A model generated the notes under the pieces. The model was not told the DNA's origin. It was given only the letters and a program-made list of their open reading frames with translations, and made no database searches. DNA of 64,000 nucleotides. It comes from Bdellovibrionales bacterium (GTDB taxonomy: Bacteria; Bdellovibrionota; Bdellovibrionia; Bdellovibrionales; JAGQZY01). Below, one piece after another: positions 38,725 to 48,537 of the stretch (position 1 is the stretch's first letter; every line of letters starts with the position of its first letter). The stretch is taken from positions 19,128 through 83,127 of the forward strand of contig CAXREJ010000022.1 in the NCBI GenBank assembly GCA_964229765.1. Direction: 5' to 3'. Made by a program: the position numbers and the translations under genes.

Positions 38725-40026
38725 TTAAGCAATCTCAATAATCAGTGGCTCAGGACGTTCTCTATCTTCACTTATAAGAATGGATTGGTTTAAAATTTTT
38801 GTCACTTCTGTAATGGAACTCTCATTTTTTATATGATGAAGAGTGAATAAGGGATCTCCTGTTTTTACTTCATCTCCAATTTTTTTATGTATTTCAATTC
38901 CAGATAAGGGGTTAATTCTATCGCTAATGACTCTGCGACCAGCTCCCATACAAATACCAGCAATTCCTACTTTTTCTCCATCGATCTGATTAAAAAAACC
39001 GTCTTTCTGAGACTTTATTACTGTAGTATGCTGAGGCAAATCTAATTTTTTAAGATCTCCGCCTTGGAAATGGCAAACTTTTTCAAAATATTCATAGGCA
39101 GAGCCGTTATCAAGTGCTTCTTTTGCTTTTGCCATTGACGTTTTAAAATCAAGGTTTAATGCCATTGCAATCATTCGAGCCGCAAGCTCTAGGCTTAAGC
39201 ATTCAGTGTCTAAAAAGTTTTGATATTTGTGTCCTAAAAAATCCTGTCGTTTCAAAATGCTAAGGCACTCTCCGATTTCAACAACATTTCCAACGAATCG
39301 GCCTAATGGTTGGTTCATATCTGTAATAAGTGCTGATGTTTTTAGTCCATGCCCTTTTCCAATGTTCATAAGACCTTTTGCGAGTTGTCTAGCATCAGCT
39401 AAATTTTTCATAAAGGCACCACTGCCCACTTTAACGTCGAGTACTAAACCTTTAATTCCTTCCGCTATTTTCTTTGACATAATACTGGCGCAAATCAATG
39501 GAAGTGATTCTACAGTGGCCGTGACATCTCGTAGAGAATATATTTTTTTATCAGCGGGACAAATATTTTTTGTTTGCCCAATAAAACTGAGATTTATCTT
39601 ATGAACTTGTTCTTTGAATGTGTTTAAGTCGAGATTGACATTAAATCCAGGGATAGACTCTAGTTTATCAAGTGTACCACCAGTATGGCCAAGACCCCTT
39701 CCTGACATCATGGGAACGGGAATTCCACAAGCGGCTACTATAGGCGCAAGGATTAAACTGGTTTTGTCTCCAATTCCCCCTGTGCTATGTTTATCAACAG
39801 CAAAGCGGTCTTCAAAATTAATTTGAGTTCCCGAGTCAATCATTGCTTGTGTTAGTTCATTCGTTTCCTGTTCATCCATACCATTAAGAAAAATAGCCAT
39901 TAGTAGAGATGACATCTGATAGTCAGGAATACTGTCATTGGTATAGCCTTCAATAAAGTACTTAATTTGCTCTTTATTAAGAGGCTTTCCAGATCGTTTT
40001 ATTTTTATAATTTCAGTGGGTAACAT
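38725..40026 (-). CDS. pdp: thymidine/pyrimidine-nucleoside phosphorylase
   Basis: DYQMS, VDKHSTGG.GDK, SGRGLGHTGGTLDKLESIPG, SIMSKK, DVK.GSGAFMK. Confidence 0.93.
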   Translation of the reverse strand: MLPTEIIKIKRSGKPLNKEQIKYFIEGYTNDSIPDYQMSSLLMAIFLNGMDEQETNELTQAMIDSGTQINFEDRFAVDKHSTGGIGDKTSLILAPIVAACGIPVPMMSGRGLGHTGGTLDKLESIPGFNVNLDLNTFKEQVHKINLSFIGQTKNICPADKKIYSLRDVTATVESLPLICASIMSKKIAEGIKGLVLDVKVGSGAFMKNLADARQLAKGLMNIGKGHGLKTSALITDMNQPLGRFVGNVVEIGECLSILKRQDFLGHKYQNFLDTECLSLELAARMIAMALNLDFKTSMAKAKEALDNGSAYEYFEKVCHFQGGDLKKLDLPQHTTVIKSQKDGFFNQIDGEKVGIAGICMGAGRRVISDRINPLSGIEIHKKIGDEVKTGDPLFTLHHIKNESSITEVTKILNQSILISEDRERPEPLIIEIA

Positions 40027-40076
40027 ATTTAAGGTTTTACTTGTCAAAACATCAAGAAACAAGAGACAATTAGATT

Positions 40077-40496
40077 ATGTTTAAAGTTTTGATGTGTGTT
40101 TTCATTTTGTTTCCCAGTTTTAGTTTTGCTCAAAATCAAGGGAGTGAAGCTAATCCTAATATGGTGGAAAAATACGGTCCTCGTCGACAAATATCAACGA
40201 TCGTGTATATGGGGTTGGCTGGAGCTGTTTTGGGTTTGTCGACCTTGAGTTTTTATGGACGTCCTCAAGATAAGTTGACGAATATCCCTATTGGGTTTGG
40301 GGTCGGAGTGGTTTTAGGAACCATTTATATGACTTATCAAGCAGCGACGAATCCAAATGAATTCTATAAAGAAACAAGTCTTCAGCCAGAGTATAAGCCA
40401 GATTTCTCTGATAAGAAAATAGAAGAAAGTATGGCCAGTGATTTCTTAAATCAACAAAAGACGGTGCAAAAAGTTTCCTACAGTTGGTCTTTTTAG
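40077..40496 (+). CDS. hypothetical exported/membrane protein
   Basis: Signal peptide, glycine-rich hydrophobic hairpin, C-terminal YSWSF. Confidence 0.65.
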   Translation: MFKVLMCVFILFPSFSFAQNQGSEANPNMVEKYGPRRQISTIVYMGLAGAVLGLSTLSFYGRPQDKLTNIPIGFGVGVVLGTIYMTYQAATNPNEFYKETSLQPEYKPDFSDKKIEESMASDFLNQQKTVQKVSYSWSF

Positions 40497-40510
40497 AACG
40501 ACTCTTTGAT

Positions 40511-41629
40511 TTAAGAGGACTTCCTAAACTTAGGCATAGTAATTCGAGGCTTTGTTGTGACTTCTTGTTCAACTTCTGGCTCTTCAGAAGCAGTAAAAGA
40601 TTTTTTAGATAAGTAAGGAGCAGCCTGTTGTTTGTCGATAGTTCCCATTGCAAGTAATCTTTCAACAGCTGTCTCCATAGTTTGCATACCCATACTAGTT
40701 GATGTCTGCATTGTTGATTTAATTTGGAAGGTTTTCCCTTCGCGAATAAGATTTTGAATGGCATTGTTGTTTATCATAATTTCATGAGCCGCCACCCGAC
40801 CTTGACCACCCACTTTTTTTAGAAGTGTTTGAGAGACAACAGCTTTTAAGCTTTCGGAAAGCATCACTCGAATTTGCGATTGTTGTTCCTCAGGGAAAGA
40901 GTCAATAATTCTATCAATGGTTTTTGGTGCGCTCATTGTATGGAGTGTTCCAAAAACTAAGTGACCTGTTTCAGCAGCGGTCATTGCGAGAGAAATGGTT
41001 TCTAAATCTCTCATCTCACCGACTAGAATAATATCTGGATCTTCTCTGAGTGCGGCTTTAAGAGCATTTTTAAATGATGCCGTATGGTTTCCTACTTCTC
41101 TTTGATTAACAATTGATTTTTTATTTTGGTGAACAAACTCGATAGGGTCTTCAATAGTTAATATATGACCGTGATCGGTATCGTTCAAATAATCGACCAT
41201 AGCGGCTAGAGTGGTTGATTTACCAGAGCCTGTTGGACCTGTAACAAGAACCATGCCTTTTTTTTCCTGAAGAATGTTTTTAAAAACAGGTGGACAATTT
41301 AAATCTTTGAGTGAAAGGATTTTGGATGGAATATGGCGGAAGACAGCTCCAATCCCCAGTCGTTGCATAAAGATATTACAACGAAATCGCCCACAACCTT
41401 CCACGGCATAAGAACAATCCATTTCGTTGGTCGACTCAAACCTTTTAATTTGCTCATCATTTAGTATTTCATAAATAAGAGCTCTGACTTCGTTATCGTT
41501 GAGAGCGCGGTAATTGAGAGCTTGAATGTCTCCATGAACACGGAGCGATGGGATGGAGCCTGAAGTTAAATGTAGATCGGAGGCTTCATTTTTTACCATT
41601 ACACGAAATAGATCATCTAATTTTGCCAT
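40511..41629 (-). CDS. pilT: type IV pilus retraction ATPase PilT
   Basis: ASDLHL, GPTGSGKSTT, TIEDPIE, NQREVG, ALREDPD, GEMRD, AETGHLV.GTLHT, AI.NLIRE. Confidence 0.93.
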   Translation of the reverse strand: MAKLDDLFRVMVKNEASDLHLTSGSIPSLRVHGDIQALNYRALNDNEVRALIYEILNDEQIKRFESTNEMDCSYAVEGCGRFRCNIFMQRLGIGAVFRHIPSKILSLKDLNCPPVFKNILQEKKGMVLVTGPTGSGKSTTLAAMVDYLNDTDHGHILTIEDPIEFVHQNKKSIVNQREVGNHTASFKNALKAALREDPDIILVGEMRDLETISLAMTAAETGHLVFGTLHTMSAPKTIDRIIDSFPEEQQSQIRVMLSESLKAVVSQTLLKKVGGQGRVAAHEIMINNNAIQNLIREGKTFQIKSTMQTSTSMGMQTMETAVERLLAMGTIDKQQAAPYLSKKSFTASEEPEVEQEVTTKPRITMPKFRKSS

Positions 41630-41687
41630 CAGTTCCTTCTCCAAAGTCTTAAGAAAATAGATTTCTTTAAGAGGTTGTATTGATTAA

Positions 41688-41715
41688 CAATCGGATTTTT
41701 TTTTGTTAAAGTTAA
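41688..41715 (-). promoter_or_regulatory. possible sigma28 promoter of pilT
   Basis: Minus strand TTAACTTT-N12-TCCGATTG. Confidence 0.3.
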
Positions 41716-41747
41716 ATCTTAAGCCCTTGATCTAGGAAAGTAGTAAA

Positions 41748-43265
41748 ATGCAAGGAAACCAAATACTTATAAACGTAAACTCTTTTGAGACCCGAGTCGC
41801 TCACTTAGAAAAGGGAGTTTTAGTCGATTTTAAAATTGAAAGAAAGCTTTCCCCGACCTTAGTTGGAACGGTTCATAAGGGTAAAGTTATAAGAGTTCTG
41901 CCCGGTATGCAGGCGGCTTTTGTTGACATTGGATTGGAGAGAGCGGCTTTCCTTTATGTAGGTGATGTCAGGGAAGAAAATGATTCTATTAATAAGAGAG
42001 TCCAAGCGACGGAACAAAGTGAGGATGAAGGTCTTCCTGAAATAATTGATAGTGAAGATAAACCTAAAATTCAGGAACTATTAAAACAAGGTCAATCCAT
42101 ACTGGTGCAAGTAGCAAAAGATCCTGTAGGAACTAAGGGTGCAAGAGTGACCACCCACATCTCACTAGCGGGTCGTAAAATTGTTTTCTTACCAACATTA
42201 ACTCATGTGGGAATTTCTCGAAAAATTGAAAGTGATGGCGAACGAGAGAGATTAAAAAAAGAGATTGAAAAATCAGGAATGGAAGGTGGAGTGATTGTCA
42301 GAACTGCTGGCGAGGGCATGAATGAAGTCGAGCTACAAAAAGATGTTGGTTATTTAAAACAGATTTGGGAAGGCATTCAGAAGTCAGCTAAAGAAGAGCA
42401 GGGCATTGGTTTAATTTACTCTGAGGTAGACTTTGAACTGCGAGTTTTAAGAGATTTTCTCAATGAAAGTATTGATGAGGTATTAATTGATAGTGAAGAC
42501 TCCTACGAAAAGGCTGTTGATTTTGTTTCACAATATATGCCTCAGTTTGCCAAAGTCATTAAACTATATCGAGGTACTGATCCTTTGTTTGATAAACAAG
42601 GAGTGTCTTTAGATGTTGCTAAAGCGATCGACCGGAAAGTTTGGTTACGTTCTGGTGGATACTTAGTCATTGATGAGACAGAAGCTTTGGTTGTTATTGA
42701 TGTGAATACTGGGAAATATGTTGGAAAGAAAGATCTAGAAGAAACGATTTTTAAAACCAACATGGAAGCGGTTAAAGAGATTGCTCATCAGATTCGTGTT
42801 CGAGACTGTGGTGGTATTATTATCGTCGACTTTATTGATATGAGTCTTGAAGAGCATCGAAATAAGATTATGGAAGCTTTGTCTTTGGAAGTTAAATCAG
42901 ACAGTGTTCGAGTTTCTGTTATTTCCATGACCGGCTTAGGATTAGTTGAAATGACAAGAAAAAGGTTGCGACCTTCTTTATTGCGCTCTTTAACCGAACC
43001 CTGCTTTTACTGTGAGGGAATAGGTCGTCTTAAGCGTCGGGAAACACTTATCTCTGATGTTTTTAGGGACTTAGATCGGCAAATGAAAAGAAATGAAAAG
43101 GTCGATACTTGGATTGTAAGGTGTCACTCTGATTTGGTTTCTTGGGTATACAGTGAAGAAAGTGAACTGATTTCTCAGATTGAGGGTGAACTTGGGGTTT
43201 CAATTATATTTAAATCAGATCCCAAACTTCATTGGGAAGAATTTGAATTTGATCGTCACATTTAG
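41748..43265 (+). CDS. rng: ribonuclease G (Rne/Rng family)
   Basis: VLPGMQAAFVDIG, QVAKDP.GTKGAR, LRSGGYLVID.TEAL..IDVNTG, GGIIIVDFIDM, C..C zinc link; no long C-terminal scaffold. Confidence 0.9.
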   Translation: MQGNQILINVNSFETRVAHLEKGVLVDFKIERKLSPTLVGTVHKGKVIRVLPGMQAAFVDIGLERAAFLYVGDVREENDSINKRVQATEQSEDEGLPEIIDSEDKPKIQELLKQGQSILVQVAKDPVGTKGARVTTHISLAGRKIVFLPTLTHVGISRKIESDGERERLKKEIEKSGMEGGVIVRTAGEGMNEVELQKDVGYLKQIWEGIQKSAKEEQGIGLIYSEVDFELRVLRDFLNESIDEVLIDSEDSYEKAVDFVSQYMPQFAKVIKLYRGTDPLFDKQGVSLDVAKAIDRKVWLRSGGYLVIDETEALVVIDVNTGKYVGKKDLEETIFKTNMEAVKEIAHQIRVRDCGGIIIVDFIDMSLEEHRNKIMEALSLEVKSDSVRVSVISMTGLGLVEMTRKRLRPSLLRSLTEPCFYCEGIGRLKRRETLISDVFRDLDRQMKRNEKVDTWIVRCHSDLVSWVYSEESELISQIEGELGVSIIFKSDPKLHWEEFEFDRHI

Positions 43266-43368
43266 AAACCTCCATTCTTGGTCCTATCCAACTCATTGAT
43301 TACTTTGCTTATTTGTCCCTATTTTTGAAAATTTCTCGATTTGGGGTAGCGCTTGCGGAATCAAAATA

Positions 43369-43543
43369 CGGGTTGTTGACAGTTCATCGCTCTAATACGA
43401 CTTCAATCCCTTGTAATTTTGAGCTGTGCTCATCTTAGCCATATTCGATCTGACTTTGGCCACACCTCATAATGTTCAGCCTGCGCTTAACTCAATATTT
43501 ATGGTTTTGAGCCTTATAACGCAGATGAATTATCAACAGCTCC
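43369..43543 (+). mobile_element. MITE-like repeat family B copy (diverged)
   Basis: gggttgttgacagttcat...ttttgagctgtgctc...tattcgat..tggccacacctcataa..ctgcgcttaactcaa...atgaattatcaacagctcc. Confidence 0.75.
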
Positions 43544-43765
43544 TGGTCAGAATTATTAAAAACAAAATTTTTATTAAATTATTAAAGTGAAGAGGATGGT
43601 TTTGAGTGGGGTCAGTAAGTGTAAGATAATGAAATTACTATTTTTTTTTGATTCCAGCGAACCTATGTCGCAATCTTAAAAAAATTGTAATAAGGAGCTG
43701 AAATTATTGACAAAACTTACGCAGCATGACACTTTCTCGAGTCATTTACTGCTATGGAGGACTCA

Positions 43766-44248
43766 ATGTACGCCGTAATCCGCACTGGTGGAAAACAATA
43801 TAAAGTGAAAGCTGGCGATTTAATTAAGGTTGAAAAACTCACTCAAACTGAGGGTGAAGAGTTTGAAATGCCTGAAGTTTTGATGGTTTCAGGAAAATCA
43901 TCTCACGTCGGTGAGCCTCTTGTTTCTGAAGCTAAAGTACAAGTTCAGGTTGTTAAAACGGGTAAAGCTAAAAAAGTTCTGGTTTTCAAAAAGAAAAGAA
44001 GACAGGGCTACCGCAAAATGCAAGGTCACCGTCAAGAATATACAGAACTTTTTGTTAAATCGATCACAGCTCCTGATGGAGAGTCAATTTCTGCTGAGCT
44101 TAAGAAAGCAACTAAAGTTGAAAAAGAAAAACCTGCTACAAAAAAGGCTGCTAAAAAGAAAGTAGCAAAGAAGACAGCCAAGAAAAAAGTTGCAAAGAAA
44201 ACGGCAGCTAAGAAAAAAACGAAGAAGAAAACCACTAAAAAATCGTAA
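43766..44248 (+). CDS. rplU: 50S ribosomal protein L21 with Lys/Ala-rich C-terminal tail
   Basis: MYAVIRTGGKQYKV, FKKKRRQGY.K.QGHRQ.YT; GGAGG RBS. Confidence 0.97.
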   Translation: MYAVIRTGGKQYKVKAGDLIKVEKLTQTEGEEFEMPEVLMVSGKSSHVGEPLVSEAKVQVQVVKTGKAKKVLVFKKKRRQGYRKMQGHRQEYTELFVKSITAPDGESISAELKKATKVEKEKPATKKAAKKKVAKKTAKKKVAKKTAAKKKTKKKTTKKS

Positions 44249-44264
44249 CTAATAGGAGATTATC

Positions 44265-44525
44265 ATGGCATCGAAGAAGGCCGCAGGTAGTACGAAAAAC
44301 GGAAGAGATAGTAAAAGTAAGAGACTAGGTGTTAAGCGTTTTGGTGGTCAAAATGTAAAATCTGGAACGATCATCGTTCGCCAAAGAGGCACTCAATTTT
44401 TAACAGGTCTAAATGTTGGAATGGGTCGAGATCATACAATTTTTTCTAAAATTGATGGTCAAGTGAAGTTCGAGCGAGTGGACAAGAAAAAGCTTAAAAT
44501 TTCTGTTTATCCAAAAACAGCATAA
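44265..44525 (+). CDS. rpmA: 50S ribosomal protein L27
   Basis: [33 protein letters not shown]. Confidence 0.98.
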   Translation: MASKKAAGSTKNGRDSKSKRLGVKRFGGQNVKSGTIIVRQRGTQFLTGLNVGMGRDHTIFSKIDGQVKFERVDKKKLKISVYPKTA

Positions 44526-44588
44526 TTTTAACATCCTTATACAGTTAAGGAAAATTTCAGCGCAAGGAAAGTTGCGATGTTAAGAAGC

Positions 44589-44617
44589 AAGGCGAATGAG
44601 AATTCGCCTTTTCTTTT
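44589..44617 (+). terminator. intrinsic terminator between rpmA and obg
   Basis: aaggcgaat-gaga-attcgcctt followed by ttctttt. Confidence 0.7.
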
Positions 44618-44629
44618 ATGTAGGTAAAA

Positions 44630-45658
44630 ATGAGATTTATTGATGAAGTGAAAATTCATTTAACGGCAGGCAAGGGTGGGCCTGGTTGTGCCAGCTTTGC
44701 GAGTGATCCATTGAATCCTCGTGGTGGTCCTGATGGTGGTGATGGTGGCCGCGGTGGTAATGTTATAATGAAAGTGAATCCTCATCTTAATTCATTATTT
44801 CATTTTCAAGGCAAAAGAAAATTATCAGCAAAAAATGGAATTCCTGGTAGTGGCCAAAATAGAAAGGGTGCTCAAGGTGAGGATTTAATCTTGGAAGTGC
44901 CCCCTGGAACCGTCGTAAGAAATGAGGAAGGCAAGTTACTTATTGATCTTTTTGAAGGAGAGCATTGTTTACTTAATGGTGGACGTGGAGGCAAAGGTAA
45001 CACTCATTATAAGACCAGCGTTAATCAAGCACCATCAAGGTTTCAGCCTGGAGAATATGGTGAGGAGGCGATGCTCACATTCCAATTAAAACTATTAGCT
45101 GACGTTGGTGTCATTGGTTTCCCCAATGCAGGTAAGTCGACATTGGTTTCTTCATTAACGGCGGCTCGTCCTAAAATTGCCGATTATCCATTTACTACAC
45201 TGGAGCCGAACCTGGGTGTTGTGAAGTTGAGTGAAACGGAAACCTTTACAATGGCAGACATTCCGGGGCTAATCGAAGGGGCCTCTCAGGGAGTTGGGCT
45301 AGGACATCAATTCTTAAAACACATAGAAAGAACTAAAACTTTTGTACACCTTATTGATGCAAGCGATTTTTCTGATCGAGACCTTTGGGATGACTATATT
45401 AAAATAAATGAAGAATTGTCTCAGTATGATTCTGTATTTAGTGATCTAGAAGACTTTGTCCCCCTGTCTCAAAGAAAACAGATTATCGTATTTAATAAAA
45501 TTGATTCTGCAAGTTCGGATAGAATAGAAATGTATGAAAATCAATTTGAGAAAAATAATTTAGAGGTAATTAAAATTTCAGCTGTTGCTCACACTAATAA
45601 AGAAACCTTGCTTAGAAGATTGAGTGAAGCTGTATTTGGAGGAAATGAAAATGAATAA
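44630..45658 (+). CDS. obgE: GTPase Obg/CgtA
   Basis: GGPDGGDGGRGG, GFPNAGKS, IADYPFTT, DIPG, NKID. Confidence 0.97.
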   Translation: MRFIDEVKIHLTAGKGGPGCASFASDPLNPRGGPDGGDGGRGGNVIMKVNPHLNSLFHFQGKRKLSAKNGIPGSGQNRKGAQGEDLILEVPPGTVVRNEEGKLLIDLFEGEHCLLNGGRGGKGNTHYKTSVNQAPSRFQPGEYGEEAMLTFQLKLLADVGVIGFPNAGKSTLVSSLTAARPKIADYPFTTLEPNLGVVKLSETETFTMADIPGLIEGASQGVGLGHQFLKHIERTKTFVHLIDASDFSDRDLWDDYIKINEELSQYDSVFSDLEDFVPLSQRKQIIVFNKIDSASSDRIEMYENQFEKNNLEVIKISAVAHTNKETLLRRLSEAVFGGNENE

Positions 45659-46676
45659 AGTGGCTTTATTTGGTGGAACTTTTGATCCCGTCCATATGGG
45701 ACATGCGGCTTGTGTTCAGCATTTGGTAGAAAAAATGGATTTTTCTAAAGTGGTACTCATTCCAACAAGTCAAAATCCATTAAAAGTCGATCGAGTTCCC
45801 GCCTCCAAAGAAGATCGGTTAAAAATGATCGAAATAGCCTTAAGTGATTTCAAAGATGAAATTACTGTGGATGAGCACGAAGTAATGAAGCAATCACCCG
45901 CATATAGCTATGAAACTTTAAAGAGGTATCGTGAGGACTATGATCCTGAAGAACTTTATTTGGTTATGGGTTTAGATAGCTTTTCAGAAATGGATCAATG
46001 GAAGAATTATACCGATATTTTAGAAATGACTAATCTTCTTGTTGTTAGTCGTCCTCCTTATCGCCGTCCATTTGGGATCGAAGACTTGCCTAAAGGAATT
46101 CAAGAACATGTACATTCTTATGAGCGCGGGTTTGCACTCTTAAAAAGTGGCAGAACGATTGAGTTTGTAACCATAAAAACGGAGGATATTTCATCAACCC
46201 TCATTCGCAAAAAATTGAAGTCTGGTAAAAAATTGAATAGCCTCATTAATATTGACGTTGAAAAATACATTATTGCAAATGATGTTTACCCGAGGCTCTC
46301 TCCTTCTAAAGTTGATTTCAAAGAGTTAGCTCATTTTGTTGGTGGTATTTTAAAAGAGAGAGCTACTAACTGTATGGGATATGATTTAACAAAATTAGAT
46401 AAATTATATGATTACACTCTTGTGGCTTCCGCAACGAGTACAAAGCAGGCACTTTCATTATCGAATATCGTAAAAGATGCGGTAAAAGAAGAGTATGGTC
46501 TGAATCCCTTTGGTATTGAGGGGCGTGAAGATGGTCGATGGGTGATTCTTGATTATGGGTCTATGATTGTTCATATTTTTTATGATTTTGTTAGGCAAGA
46601 GTACCATTTGGAAAGTCTGTGGAAAGACGGAGAGAAGCTGGTTATCTCTGCTCCAGAGACAAAGACAACAACATAA
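45651..46676 (+). CDS. nadD: nicotinate-nucleotide adenylyltransferase fused to ribosome silencing factor RsfS
   Basis: N-term GGTFDPVHMGH, MG.D, ISST.IR; C-term DY.LVASA.S, EG...RWVILDYG..IVHIF....R.EY.LE.LW (RsfS). Confidence 0.9.
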   Translation: MNKVALFGGTFDPVHMGHAACVQHLVEKMDFSKVVLIPTSQNPLKVDRVPASKEDRLKMIEIALSDFKDEITVDEHEVMKQSPAYSYETLKRYREDYDPEELYLVMGLDSFSEMDQWKNYTDILEMTNLLVVSRPPYRRPFGIEDLPKGIQEHVHSYERGFALLKSGRTIEFVTIKTEDISSTLIRKKLKSGKKLNSLINIDVEKYIIANDVYPRLSPSKVDFKELAHFVGGILKERATNCMGYDLTKLDKLYDYTLVASATSTKQALSLSNIVKDAVKEEYGLNPFGIEGREDGRWVILDYGSMIVHIFYDFVRQEYHLESLWKDGEKLVISAPETKTTT

Positions 46677-46684
46677 TATTAGAA

Positions 46685-47110
46685 ATGGAAATTGAAGTTC
46701 GCACTGTACATCTTAGCAAAAAAAGTTGGGCTTTTGCTTTAGCTACAGACTATGTTGCAAAGATCCAGCCTTTTGAAAAAATACGTTTTAATGTCATTAA
46801 AGATGAAAAAAAATTTTTAGATAAGGTGTCTCCCCAAGATAGAGTTCTTGTTTGTGATGAAAGAGGTGAAGCTCTTCAGAGTCGTCCTTTTAGTCATAGG
46901 ATCTCTCAGATGAGAGATGGTGGCATTCAAAAATTATTTATCGTAATTGGTGGCCCCTTTGGTTTACCTAAAGAGGTGGTTGATAGAGCGAACATAACTA
47001 TTCAGCTTTCTAGTTTTGTTATGAATCAAGAAGTGGCTTTAATTGTGTTGATGGAGCAAGTATTTAGAGCTTATACGATCTTGAACAATCACCCTTATCA
47101 CAATGATTAA
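46685..47110 (+). CDS. rlmH: 23S rRNA (pseudouridine1915-N3)-methyltransferase
   Basis: DERG...S, F.IGG.FG, EQ.FRAYTI....PYH; follows rsfS. Confidence 0.9.
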   Translation: MEIEVRTVHLSKKSWAFALATDYVAKIQPFEKIRFNVIKDEKKFLDKVSPQDRVLVCDERGEALQSRPFSHRISQMRDGGIQKLFIVIGGPFGLPKEVVDRANITIQLSSFVMNQEVALIVLMEQVFRAYTILNNHPYHND

Positions 47111-47242
47111 AATAATATTTAAACTCGCTTAATCTTGTTTTAAAAAATAATCTGAAGTTTATCCATTCGGAAATCGGTCGGTTTGCGTTGGTTGATCCAT
47201 TAGATTTTGAGAGATTGGCCTGTTTTTTGTAACAACCTTTAC

Positions 47243-47827
47243 ATGATTAGTGATTATTTAAGATGGATAAGAAGATGCCCTTCATGTGGAGACTCCTTTC
47301 TGCCGGTGGACTGGCTTTGTCGTTCCTGTTTAATCAATATATTGAATAAAACGTCATTAAAACATCGTTATATTAATCCCAATATCGATCATTACTACCT
47401 TATTGAATGGAAGAAGGGTGACGGACTCACTTCGATTGTCCATAGTTTAAAAGGAGGTCGATGTGAGTGGGCCTTTGAGTATCTGTCCCAATATTTTAGT
47501 CATTTTGCCCATGAAACTTTCCCTATTTACTTTCCTAGTAAAGGTCCCAAGGACCATGCTTTTCAGTGGGCCTATTCTCTAGCAAAACGAACAGGCGCTG
47601 AGATGCGCCCAATTCAAAAGAAAACCCAATTTAAACAGTCTTTAAGTGGGCGTCAGGGAAGAAAATCGGTGCTTTTTTATCCACAAGTGAGCTCGAACAG
47701 GTATGTGGTATTGGCTGACGATATAGTAACTACCGGGGCTACGGCCACTGCTTGTTACCAAGCTCTCGGGCGGCCTCGAAATATGACCGTTTGGAGCCTC
47801 TTTTACCGTAAAGACTTGAGATTTTAG
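47243..47827 (+). CDS. comF: ComF-family phosphoribosyltransferase-like protein
   Basis: CPSC...LCRSC zinc ribbon; VVLADDIVTTGAT PRPP loop. Confidence 0.75.
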   Translation: MISDYLRWIRRCPSCGDSFLPVDWLCRSCLINILNKTSLKHRYINPNIDHYYLIEWKKGDGLTSIVHSLKGGRCEWAFEYLSQYFSHFAHETFPIYFPSKGPKDHAFQWAYSLAKRTGAEMRPIQKKTQFKQSLSGRQGRKSVLFYPQVSSNRYVVLADDIVTTGATATACYQALGRPRNMTVWSLFYRKDLRF

Positions 47828-47849
47828 GGGTGTTTTGTTATTGTGCGCT

Positions 47850-48536
47850 ATGGCAAAAATCTCGATTTTTTCGTGTCTTTTAATGGTTTTAGTTCCCTCA
47901 ATGTCTTTGGGAAAAGAGAAGACCATTGTGCATTCTGTGTCTTCAAAAGACATGTTGCTTTTGAGGGAAGTGGACAAAAAATATCAAAAGCAACATGGAA
48001 TACATTTAAAGCTTAAAAAAACCATCACTCTCGAAATGTTAGGGAGTACGAAAGAGTCTCAAGGTGAAGTCTGGTTAGAAAATGGAAAAATGAAATTGGT
48101 AATTAATGAACCTCAGCCATCTAAAGTTGTGGCTGGCAAACAGTTCTTATGGATCGAGAGTTCTCCACCTGAGGACTTTGAAGGAGCAAAGGTCCAGGTT
48201 TTGCGAGCCTCATTGAACTCTAAACAAGCCAAGTCCCAAGGATTGATCCAATTATTAACCCAGGGTGGCGTCTTAAAATATTTTCGAGTTTCTGGAATTC
48301 AAAAAGAAAATGAAAGGGTTCGGTTCTTTTTGCAGCCAGACACGCAGTCAGTAGAGTTTAAGCGAGCTCAAATTGATATTGATAAAAATAAGAAAGAAAT
48401 TCTAACTCTCCGTTACTGGGACCAAATGGATAATGAAACTACATTTGATTTCTCTCGTTCAGAGTTTAATAAAAAACTATCAGCAGACACTTTTAAATAC
48501 GAACCCCCTCAAAATGCGGAAGTGATAAATTACTAA
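47850..48536 (+). CDS. lolA: outer-membrane lipoprotein carrier LolA-like
   Basis: Signal peptide; G.V.L..GKMK, V.G...LW, D..DNET.F.FS, F.YEPP..AEV. Confidence 0.75.
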   Translation: MAKISIFSCLLMVLVPSMSLGKEKTIVHSVSSKDMLLLREVDKKYQKQHGIHLKLKKTITLEMLGSTKESQGEVWLENGKMKLVINEPQPSKVVAGKQFLWIESSPPEDFEGAKVQVLRASLNSKQAKSQGLIQLLTQGGVLKYFRVSGIQKENERVRFFLQPDTQSVEFKRAQIDIDKNKKEILTLRYWDQMDNETTFDFSRSEFNKKLSADTFKYEPPQNAEVINY

Positions 48537-48537
48537 T

